Virus record (IMG/VR): IMGVR_UViG_3300006133_000325 | Strand: one strand, 5' to 3' | From: a virus | Lineage: Duplodnaviria; Caudoviricetes | Length of the DNA: 64,000 nucleotides | Shown: in pieces, positions 39,295-48,078 of the stretch | Layout of the letters: each line of letters starts with the position of its first letter | Numbering within the stretch: position 1 is the stretch's first letter | Notes under the pieces: generated by a model | What the model was told of the DNA's origin: nothing | Seen by the model: only the letters and a program-made list of their open reading frames with translations | The model's database searches: none | Position numbers and translations under genes: made by a program

Positions 39295-40083
39295 TTATTT
39301 ATTGTTGAGCCAATCCTTATATTGGCGCAAAATTTCAGTATATAACTCCTCATCACTCATACCATCCATATCGCAAACGGCAGTAAATCCTGTATTGTCA
39401 TTTTTTCTTCCTTTCATATCATCCAAAGAACGTAAATAAGAAAAATTGTCATTTCCGATACCAATAAACTGCACAAACATATTGTAATTGGAAAGTTCCT
39501 TAATGATTTCATTTGTTTCCGTCTTATCCCAATTATCTCCATCTGTAATAAAAATGATAAATGCCGGAATGCAACTTGGTTCTACGTCTTTATAGTACTT
39601 CACGATGTCTTTTAAAACTGGCGCATAATTTGTCCCGCCCATATTCATACGGGATTTCATCATAACCTCCCTTACATAATTCTTATAGTTTTGAATTGTC
39701 ACAGCTTCCACTCGTTTTTGACTATCTGAAAACAGCCAAGATTCTAATTCGCCGTTATCATCAAATCGTAAAGAGATTGGAAGCAGCCTGGTAATAGTAT
39801 TCTGCACAGATCCATCTGCAAACAGCCCGGACATACTACCGGAATAGTCCATTGCTAATGCCACTCTTGCAACATGTTTTGACATATCAATTTTTCCTGT
39901 TTTAGACATATCAATCAATACTTTATCTAAGTTTTTTGCCGACTTAGACATATCAATCGTCCCTACCATTTTTTCAGTTGATTCCTTTTGCGGTATTTCT
40001 CTACTTTGTGCTGGAGTACCGGAAATATCCGGATACTCCTCTTTGTTCTTGCTAAAAAGATTCTTAAATAGTCCCATACTCAA
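39295..40083 (-). CDS. vWA domain protein (TerF-associated vWA type)
   Basis: MIDAS DYSGSM, GGTNYAPVL, FITDG, FVQFIGIG, DNTGF. Confidence 0.88.
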   Translation of the reverse strand: MSMGLFKNLFSKNKEEYPDISGTPAQSREIPQKESTEKMVGTIDMSKSAKNLDKVLIDMSKTGKIDMSKHVARVALAMDYSGSMSGLFADGSVQNTITRLLPISLRFDDNGELESWLFSDSQKRVEAVTIQNYKNYVREVMMKSRMNMGGTNYAPVLKDIVKYYKDVEPSCIPAFIIFITDGDNWDKTETNEIIKELSNYNMFVQFIGIGNDNFSYLRSLDDMKGRKNDNTGFTAVCDMDGMSDEELYTEILRQYKDWLNNK

Positions 40084-42712
40084 ACTCCTTTTCTTTTATA
40101 TTATTTCTTTTTACAATCGCTTTTCTAATCAAATCTACTGGAATTACCAAAAGAGAAAGACCTATAACGATAAGCCATTGAATCAGGTTCAATGAAGTAA
40201 GTTTCAATAATTCTCCTAAAAACGTACAAGCAATCATAACTCCAACAAAGATTCCAATTGCTATCTCAACAAATAATTTATTTTTTTTCAAACCATGAAA
40301 TAGATTAAAATGTTCTGTCCGAATATTAAATCCATTAAATACAGCCATGAAGCAAAGTATCGTAAATCTAGCAGTCAAAAATTCCAAATCACTCGTAAAA
40401 TATCCGTGTAGAGATGTAAACATCATAAGGAAATACACCCCGATAAAAGTACATGCGGCAATTGCGATTCTTCCCTTTGCTCCTCTGATAAATAAGCCAG
40501 AGCCTTTTTTAATAGGAACCTCACATATATATTCTTTTTTAGAAGGTTCTCCGCCAAAGGAAAGAGAGTTTAAAGAATCCATAATAATATTTACGATCAA
40601 TATTTGAACAGATGCTAAAACAGACATACCAGAAGCAAAAATTGGATACAAAATACCTAAAATCAATAATGAAATATTGATAGGAAGTTGGAACTCTAAA
40701 AACATCATAATGTTGTGCATAAATGTCCTGCCAAGTTCTACTGCCTTTACAGTGGAAGCAAAATTATCATCTGTTAAAACAATATCACTTGCTTCTTTTG
40801 CAACATCGCTTCCGCTTTGCATACCAAAACCAACATCTGCTCTCTTTAAGGCAGGTGAATCATTTACTCCATCCCCTGTCATCGCAACCGATTTATCAAT
40901 TTCCTGTGCCAATGTCACCAAACGCAATTTTGTATTTGGAGAACATCTTGAGATAACGCGAAGAGAAGGAAGAACCTCTTTTACTTCTTCATCCGTCATT
41001 GCTTCAAATTCGTCATTTGTCAATGCAACCTCTCCATCTTTATAAATACCACATTCCTTTGCCACAGCTACGGCAGTTTCAATACAATCTCCTGTAATTT
41101 CGATTACTTGTATCCCTGCTTTTTGTGCTGTCTTTACTGCTTTTGGCACCTCTTCTCTTATCGGATCTACCACTCCTATAACCCCTAAAAGCGTCATTTC
41201 ATGTGGCAGATGATTTTCTATCAATGCTTCATTTTTAACTGCCAGGGCAATACACCTCATAGATTTCGAGGTCATTGTTTTAATTGTATCACTTAGATTG
41301 CTTTTCATTTCTTTTGTGAATTCAAATACCGTTCCATTCTCCTGCATGTGTTGCGAACAAAAATCAATAATTCTCTCTGGTGCGCCTTTATAATATGTAA
41401 TGCCATTTTCTGCGGTAAAGGCAGAGTATTTATTTAAGCTACTAAATACTTGCTTGTCCTTCATTTTGTTGTTTTTTACAATTTCTGAGTAATTCGACGG
41501 ATTTACAAGGCTTAATACTGCTCGGTCAATAGAATTACCTCCTATTATGCTTCCTTCTCTGTCAAAGGTTGCACTATTATTTAGTACTATATTTTTCTGA
41601 ACAGTATCCCAAAGAGTAGAATTTTTTAACAACTCTTTTCCACTTCCATCTATCACTGTTTTAGGAGACATCATTCCTGTTGTTAAAGTTCCAGTTTTAT
41701 CTGTACAAATGATATCAACATAGGCTAATTCTGGAATCTTATTTGGATTTTTGGCAAGAATATTGAATCTTTCCATAGTTTTTACATTTTGCTTTGTAAC
41801 CAATTTCACAATCAAAGGAAGCCCTTCCGGAACTGCTGCTACGATAATGGTTAATGCCACAGAAAAGTTTTGTGCAAATTTTTGTGCCAAGCTAAATACA
41901 TTATCTGAAAAATAATTCTCAAATCCTACCTTTAAAATTCCCGAAGTCACCAATACGATAAATGTTAAAATAGCAGCCGCGGTTCCCCATTTTGATATAA
42001 AATCGCCTAAATTATCAAGTGCAATATTTAATGCTGTTTTAGGTGATTCCAGCGTTTGCATTTTTACCATTGTATCACCATTAATCGTATTCACTCCAAC
42101 ATCTGTTACTACCATCTTCCCTTCGCCTGACATTACTGTTGTACCAGCAAAGAGACAATTTTCATTTGTATAAGCATCGGTTGATGTCGTTTTCTTATGA
42201 ATATATTCATCTACTGGCTTTTTCTTACACTCTTTTGTTTCTCCATTGATAGCAGCATTATTAACCGAAATTTTTCCTTCTACTATATACCCATCTGCAA
42301 AAATTTCATTTCCTAATCCAAGGCATACAATATCTCCTACTACAATATCATCTTTATTGATGGTTTCTAATTTCCCATCTCTAATCACATCGCAATACCT
42401 TACAGATGTTTTTTCTCTTAACTCAACTGCAGATTTTTGTACTCCAATCCCTGTTTTTACGGCAATTCCTGTCACGATTCCAAGCACAACCATAATCATA
42501 GCTGGCTCTGAAAATTCCATTACTCCAACAAAAGTTAGTCCAAATTGTAAAACAGCGATAGAAATAAGGATCATTGTAATTTTTTCACTTAATGCTTCCT
42601 TTGCAAACTCATACCATTTTTTTAATTTTGGCTCTGGTAGTTTATTGCTGCCGTATTTCTTTCTGCTTTTTATAACCTCATTTTGAGTTAAACCTTTCAT
42701 TTTTTCCTCCAT
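40064..42712 (-). CDS. P-type cation (Ca2+-like, P2) transporting ATPase
   Basis: PEGL, DKTGTLT, KGAPE, DPIR, ITGD, MTGDGVNDSPALK; about 10 TM segments. Confidence 0.95.
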   Translation of the reverse strand: MEEKMKGLTQNEVIKSRKKYGSNKLPEPKLKKWYEFAKEALSEKITMILISIAVLQFGLTFVGVMEFSEPAMIMVVLGIVTGIAVKTGIGVQKSAVELREKTSVRYCDVIRDGKLETINKDDIVVGDIVCLGLGNEIFADGYIVEGKISVNNAAINGETKECKKKPVDEYIHKKTTSTDAYTNENCLFAGTTVMSGEGKMVVTDVGVNTINGDTMVKMQTLESPKTALNIALDNLGDFISKWGTAAAILTFIVLVTSGILKVGFENYFSDNVFSLAQKFAQNFSVALTIIVAAVPEGLPLIVKLVTKQNVKTMERFNILAKNPNKIPELAYVDIICTDKTGTLTTGMMSPKTVIDGSGKELLKNSTLWDTVQKNIVLNNSATFDREGSIIGGNSIDRAVLSLVNPSNYSEIVKNNKMKDKQVFSSLNKYSAFTAENGITYYKGAPERIIDFCSQHMQENGTVFEFTKEMKSNLSDTIKTMTSKSMRCIALAVKNEALIENHLPHEMTLLGVIGVVDPIREEVPKAVKTAQKAGIQVIEITGDCIETAVAVAKECGIYKDGEVALTNDEFEAMTDEEVKEVLPSLRVISRCSPNTKLRLVTLAQEIDKSVAMTGDGVNDSPALKRADVGFGMQSGSDVAKEASDIVLTDDNFASTVKAVELGRTFMHNIMMFLEFQLPINISLLILGILYPIFASGMSVLASVQILIVNIIMDSLNSLSFGGEPSKKEYICEVPIKKGSGLFIRGAKGRIAIAACTFIGVYFLMMFTSLHGYFTSDLEFLTARFTILCFMAVFNGFNIRTEHFNLFHGLKKNKLFVEIAIGIFVGVMIACTFLGELLKLTSLNLIQWLIVIGLSLLVIPVDLIRKAIVKRNNIKEKEFEYGTI

Positions 42713-42870
42713 TTCTTTTTATTTTTTGCTTTCTATATAATCTATCACACAATCCCTGATAGTAGAAAACAAAACAATTAAACCAATTCCAATAACAATC
42801 CAAGCAGTTTCTTACATTTTATTACTCCTTCCTAGCATCCAAACATATTGTTCATCATCTTGTAAATTCA

Positions 42871-43767
42871 TCACTTCCTTAACCTAATTTTCTCAAACAT
42901 ATCATCAACTGATTCAAGTAAATCAAATCTCTCATCTAAAGGAGATGTTGAACTTTTAGAAAACTCCTTTTCTACCATATCAATAAAATAGGTAAATTCC
43001 GAATCCTCTCCCATATAAAACTCATCCCATTCTTCACTACTCATCAGCCGTCGGACTTCAAGCTGTTCTAAGGCTAAATTATCAAAGCTTACTACTTTGA
43101 AATGTTCGATGATGGCACCAATGTTTTCTTTCAGCCACATTTGTTTAGCAATAATATTTTCACACTCCGCCCTATACCATTCATTTCCACGTCTTAACTG
43201 TTTATATCCAAGGATAAGTATTTTTAAACCTTTATCAGACAATATCTTTACGTCAGATGGTTTAAATATACCGTTTATTACATGAATAACTGCATTTGGA
43301 TACTGTTTGACCAATGATATAAATTCATCTGTTGGATCTACAAGTGATACCCCAAGACCATATATCAATTTTTCTTCAGCTAATTTTTTAATCAGTTCCT
43401 GCTTCTGTTCAAAATGTTTTTGATTGACTGTAACATTTGCAATAACCCTTTTATCTTTTAGCTTATGTAAGAACGGAATCAGATCGGGATGGCTTGTTAC
43501 GTCACCCCCTCCAAGTGCAACCTCCTGATACGGATGTAAAGTTTCAATAAAATTTTGGTTTAGGATATCTCCATGTTTACCATTTTTTGTACTTCCCTCA
43601 TGACAAAAAGCACAAGACATGTCGCAATAATTGCTTATTTTAATATCATTATTCTCTGCAAAATCAGGAATGAATTCATCCTCTTGCGTTTCTCTAATTT
43701 TAGTTCCGTCTAAAATATTAAATTTAACTGTGTAATTCCCATTTTTATAAATCTTCCAACTGTTCAC
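42871..43767 (-). CDS. Radical SAM protein
   Basis: NYCDMSCAFCHE (CX3CX2C), EVALGGG, NVTVNQ, ILILGYK, VVSFDNLA. Confidence 0.85.
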   Translation of the reverse strand: MNSWKIYKNGNYTVKFNILDGTKIRETQEDEFIPDFAENNDIKISNYCDMSCAFCHEGSTKNGKHGDILNQNFIETLHPYQEVALGGGDVTSHPDLIPFLHKLKDKRVIANVTVNQKHFEQKQELIKKLAEEKLIYGLGVSLVDPTDEFISLVKQYPNAVIHVINGIFKPSDVKILSDKGLKILILGYKQLRRGNEWYRAECENIIAKQMWLKENIGAIIEHFKVVSFDNLALEQLEVRRLMSSEEWDEFYMGEDSEFTYFIDMVEKEFSKSSTSPLDERFDLLESVDDMFEKIRLRK

Positions 43768-43782
43768 CTGTAAACCTCCATA

Positions 43783-44088
43783 CTATATACTCCCACTCAA
43801 ACCCCATTCTTGATTAACTATCATATCCATAACATTCTCATCATCGTTCCAGCCAAAATCCCCATCTGGAGGATATTTACTAGACTTTTCAAATGCTATT
43901 GCTTCTTCTTTCGTATAAAAATGTTTGATTAGTGGTTTATTATTTTCTGGATAATGCCATCCTGAACCAGAAAGCAATAATGCTTCCCCTTTATCTCACT
44001 TATCATAATCAGACTCTATACACATAACTAAGAAATGTAAGCTACTACTATTAATCTCAAAAATTTCACGTCTTACTTGCTTTTTCAT
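43783..44088 (-). pseudogene. Third NSSS-motif paralogue, interrupted by an in-frame TGA
   Basis: MKKQVRREIFEINSSSLHFL...YDK*DKGE continues in frame into listed ORF 43783..43977. Confidence 0.7.
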
Positions 44089-44101
44089 AAAATTTTCTCT
44101 C

Positions 44102-44552
44102 CTAATCACAATCTGTCTTTAATGACACATATTTATTGAATACAAAGTTAATAATTGCATCCTCATCATAAATATCTATGATGTTGATTTCACTATAAGG
44201 CTGCGACTGATGATCAATATCCGGATCTTGTTCTCCTAAAATTTTGATTCCCGTTGCCCCAGAATATTTACATACCGTCTCCTGAATTCTTTTAAACTCC
44301 CACATATCATAAATATTAGAAATATCATCATATTCAGATAAATAATACAGACAAGTAATTAAATAAGAAAGCTTGTCATACTGGGAAGTATAAAAGCATA
44401 AGTCTTTACCGAACTGTCCAAAATCAATTTCTATTTCTCCATCTTTATTCAGTTTAAACTTGCTCGCTTCCCTTCCGTCATTAGAAATAACCAAGCTGTG
44501 GGCGGAAGACGAGTTTGTTTCAAATACATCTTCTCTAATTTTTCTTCTCATT
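44102..44552 (-). CDS. Conserved phage protein with FETNSSS motif
   Basis: MRRKIREDVFETNSSSAHSL...IDHQS; start taken at MRRK. Confidence 0.75.
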
Positions 44553-45269
44553 CTATTCCCAATCCTCTTCTGGATATTCATGGTCAATTGTCTCCATATT
44601 TACTAATCCTGTTCGCTTCATATCTTTCCAATAACAGTACTCATCACCATCCTGAATTACTATATATTTCTTATTGATAAGATATTCTTCAAGAGAGATA
44701 TTCTCCTTTTTTAAAAAATTACTCAAAATATCTTCATCTACACATCCTGTATATGGCTCTTCATAATGCCACCATCCACTTGCTTCCCAATATCCGACTG
44801 CAATCTCCCAATCATTTCCTTTTTGTAATAAATATTCTTTTAATTCTTCTTCAGTCTTTCCATGTATTTGATAATAATCGTTATTTTCATGTATTTTAGA
44901 ATCTTTATTCGCAATTATACGATTACCCATCGGAAGTTTAATCTTCTTAAGACCTGGTATGTATTTCAGCGCGAGTGAAACAAGTTCTTTATAAACCTCA
45001 TCATTGTATTCATGAACCAAAGATGCACAAGCATACAGCCATTTATCTGCAAATGTTCCTATAGCCCTAAATGGGCTTCTCCCAAACTCCATATCATGAA
45101 TCCATGGTTTCCAAACACAAGACACCTCTCCTGTATCTGCATCCCTTTCTAGGTATATTCCATTTAGAATTTCTTCTTTAGTATATTTATCTTCTCGTTT
45201 CATAACCGTAAAAGAGTGCATACTACTTGAGTTTGTTTCAAATACACCTCTTCTAATTTGTGTTTTCAT
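44553..45269 (-). CDS. Conserved phage protein with FETNSSS motif
   Basis: MKTQIRRGVFETNSSSMHSF. Confidence 0.75.
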   Translation of the reverse strand: MKTQIRRGVFETNSSSMHSFTVMKREDKYTKEEILNGIYLERDADTGEVSCVWKPWIHDMEFGRSPFRAIGTFADKWLYACASLVHEYNDEVYKELVSLALKYIPGLKKIKLPMGNRIIANKDSKIHENNDYYQIHGKTEEELKEYLLQKGNDWEIAVGYWEASGWWHYEEPYTGCVDEDILSNFLKKENISLEEYLINKKYIVIQDGDEYCYWKDMKRTGLVNMETIDHEYPEEDWE

Positions 45270-47463
45270 ATTTTCCCCTTTCCTTATAAAAAAGCCTTCT
45301 TAACGTACAAATATCTCTTGGCATGCTACTCAAATCTTCTATATCATGTAAATTTCTAACCCAAGCATAAAATTCATTTGCTATTGGTGTGGTTAATCCA
45401 GAAGTTTTATAAATGTATCCGTTTTTAATTGTCTCATGAGCTACGCTTCTCATAAATTTCCAGAAATGATAATATGTCAGCTTTAGCTTGACCATATATC
45501 CAGAACTGTCTTCAATTACAAAACCTTCAATCTTGTTATTGTTGTATTCGTAGTCTTCCTGTAAAACATCATAATACCAATCAAAAAAATCTTGCCAATT
45601 TGCAATCTCAAACGCTTTTTCTTTGTGTTCTAATCCAAACTGCTCTGCAATATGGCACATCTCACCATATTCATATTTAGCAAACTTCATTTGATTGTAA
45701 ACAATATCTAATAATACCAACTTGTTTTCAGAATATTCGATAATATGCGGATCGTTCTTCCTATCAACACATTCAAACACGAATGATACATTATGTTCTT
45801 TTATATAATTCTTCATTTTCAGTATATTTTCTTCTGATACTTTCTCATACAACATATCTTTAAGCCAGCCAGCAAATTCACTGTCAATTGTAGACTTACT
45901 TGCAATAAATAAATCATCTTCATATTCGTTATAGCTGATAATTCCCAGAAAACCATTCTCTTTCACATATGCTGTTACAGGAAATTGTAGTTTATGCTGC
46001 AACATATCAAATTTCGTTTCAGAACGTTCATTGACATTAAAAAATTTTGTATATGCTCTTGCTACTACTTTTCCTTTCATTGTGTCAAGATATAGTCCTC
46101 TTGCTTTCGTAGTCTGTTCGTCCCATATTTTATTGTAAAATACTTTAGGGGTAAAATTAAAAGATGAAATATTACCGAACTTCTTTTCTTGAATATACTT
46201 ATTAGAACGCAATGCAATAATGACATCTGCTATCGTACTGCCTGTTACAGTTTGCTCTTTTTTGATTTCTGGTGTTTTAAATACCTCATTCTTTACTTCT
46301 ATTGTATGAATCCCATTTTTATCAATCTGAACACACCTGAGATAACCTCCAAATTCTACTTGTCCTTCTAAATTGAATACCTTGTCATTTACTTGAATTG
46401 GCAATTGTTTCGTATTTCTATGTCCATGAACCTGGTAATAATTTTCTGGCGTAGTATTCAAATACGTCTCTGCCATTTTCTCAAAATCATTGTAATTGCC
46501 TACTCCATGAATCATTTGATCGGTTGCTACAAATGATAAATTGTTAGGAACTGTACTGAGTCCAGCATGAGTAACCAAGAAAACTTTATCTTCATATTTA
46601 TAATAAGCACACTGTCCAAATCTTCTATATAACTGTCTGATATCTTTTTTATCAATTCCAGCCTCAATAAGTGCTGGTTTTGTTACTAACTCAAATTCTT
46701 TTGATTGGCTGAGACAATCATTAGCGTATAACCATAACCATTTTTCATGGTTCCCTTCTAACATCAATACATTTCTCTTATCTTTAATCGAAATAAGAAA
46801 CTTTACAACTTCGGCATTTTCAATTCCTCGATCAATATAATCACCTGTAAAAATGAAAAACTCATTATCTTTCATTCCACCATTATCTGATAGATATTTC
46901 TGCAACACAGTATTGCAGCCATGGATATCTCCAATATGATGAATTTTTTCATACTCTGACAAATCAATCATTTTCATCCAAATAGTATCTAATTCATCTG
47001 GTTTGATAATCTTTACTCCAGATGGAATCTTTTGCGTAGCAAATCTGGAATACATTTTATCTATCACTTCTTCAGGTACTCTCTTTAATGGTACTCTGTT
47101 TGCATTTCTCCTTTTTACTTCTTCAATTGGAATATCTGTAAAATCAACACAATAAATCCGATATCTATAGGTATCACACATTTGTTTATATCTGTTGATT
47201 TCTGATGTCTTGGAATTAGTTGCATCTACTACTGTAAATTCTCCTTTTTTCATCCTTGTTTCTAACAAGTTGAATAAAACCTTCCATGCAATGCCATCAT
47301 TACTTTGACTGATTTCTTCCCTACCATCCAGCCGCATAATAGGACTCTGGCATAATAATCTGATATCATCTACTGATAATGTATAGGATTTTAACCCATT
47401 CTTTTCAATCCATGTGGATTTACCACATCCGGCAGAACCTCTTAATAAAAGTAAAATTCTCAT
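45253..47463 (-). CDS. RNA repair fusion: polynucleotide kinase + metallophosphatase + Rnl1-type RNA ligase
   Basis: GSAGCGKST/VVDATN; GDIHG, GDYIDRG, GNHE, HAG, HGH; ARGL, KFFN, KENGFLG (motif I), FE, EGFV, KLK. Confidence 0.9.
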   Translation of the reverse strand: MRILLLLRGSAGCGKSTWIEKNGLKSYTLSVDDIRLLCQSPIMRLDGREEISQSNDGIAWKVLFNLLETRMKKGEFTVVDATNSKTSEINRYKQMCDTYRYRIYCVDFTDIPIEEVKRRNANRVPLKRVPEEVIDKMYSRFATQKIPSGVKIIKPDELDTIWMKMIDLSEYEKIHHIGDIHGCNTVLQKYLSDNGGMKDNEFFIFTGDYIDRGIENAEVVKFLISIKDKRNVLMLEGNHEKWLWLYANDCLSQSKEFELVTKPALIEAGIDKKDIRQLYRRFGQCAYYKYEDKVFLVTHAGLSTVPNNLSFVATDQMIHGVGNYNDFEKMAETYLNTTPENYYQVHGHRNTKQLPIQVNDKVFNLEGQVEFGGYLRCVQIDKNGIHTIEVKNEVFKTPEIKKEQTVTGSTIADVIIALRSNKYIQEKKFGNISSFNFTPKVFYNKIWDEQTTKARGLYLDTMKGKVVARAYTKFFNVNERSETKFDMLQHKLQFPVTAYVKENGFLGIISYNEYEDDLFIASKSTIDSEFAGWLKDMLYEKVSEENILKMKNYIKEHNVSFVFECVDRKNDPHIIEYSENKLVLLDIVYNQMKFAKYEYGEMCHIAEQFGLEHKEKAFEIANWQDFFDWYYDVLQEDYEYNNNKIEGFVIEDSSGYMVKLKLTYYHFWKFMRSVAHETIKNGYIYKTSGLTTPIANEFYAWVRNLHDIEDLSSMPRDICTLRRLFYKERGKYENTN

Positions 47464-47879
47464 TCTTCACTTACCGTCGTAAGTTGCACGTGCTTTTCAC
47501 CTATAGGAACTTTTCATTTTATCCTTTCTTTATTTCTATTTTTAATATGCTTTCATTTCAAACCATTGCTCACCACAATAATTCTCTTTTTTAATAGCAT
47601 CTATAATCTAGACCGTAATATATGTACATAATCGCTATTTTGTTCTCTTTAATTACTATCTATTTCATGTCTATTTTTAATTATTGTTCTCATTTTATTT
47701 CTCCATATATAATTTCCATAAAACTGTAAGATTGACTAATAAAATTATTGACTTACTGTAGAATTCGTTATATTCTATATGTGTCCCAGGTGCAGAATAC
47801 CAGACTTAGATCCTCATAACGAGTAGTGAGAAAAACCTATGGGACATTATGCTCACTATTTCAAACGGAGGTGTTGCCT

Positions 47880-47978
47880 ATGGTATCAGATATCGCAACG
47901 ATTATTTCATTCATATCCCTATTACTCATGAAACTTAGTTGTTTACATTATCTAAGTCTGGTTGCCGACCTTATATAA
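47880..47978 (+). CDS. Candidate type I toxin / holin-like hydrophobic peptide (32 aa)
   Basis: GGAGGTGTTGCCTATG; MVSDIATIISFISLLLMKLSCLHYLSLVADLI; own TTGACT promoter; 13-bp long-range stem ACCAGACTTAGAT/ATCTAAGTCTGGT. Confidence 0.55.
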   Translation: MVSDIATIISFISLLLMKLSCLHYLSLVADLI

Positions 47979-48078
47979 ATAACAGAGCTATTTGTTATTT
48001 ACCCAAAATTATTTCTGTATGTTCTATTTCGTGTTTCTTAATTTAAGCCCAACTTTACTGTTTCAGGTATTTCTATGT

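Noticed and set aside
12819-44000. TGA-to-Trp recoding: TGA stands where Trp is expected in the ligA remnant (E*SIGKTG), the PAPS-like remnant (QA*SLE) and the third NSSS gene (DK*DK)
   Set aside because: Two of the three are in genes with other lesions. Intact genes use TGG and many end in TGA (e.g. dut). TAG and TAA interruptions also occur, so G-to-A decay explains it.
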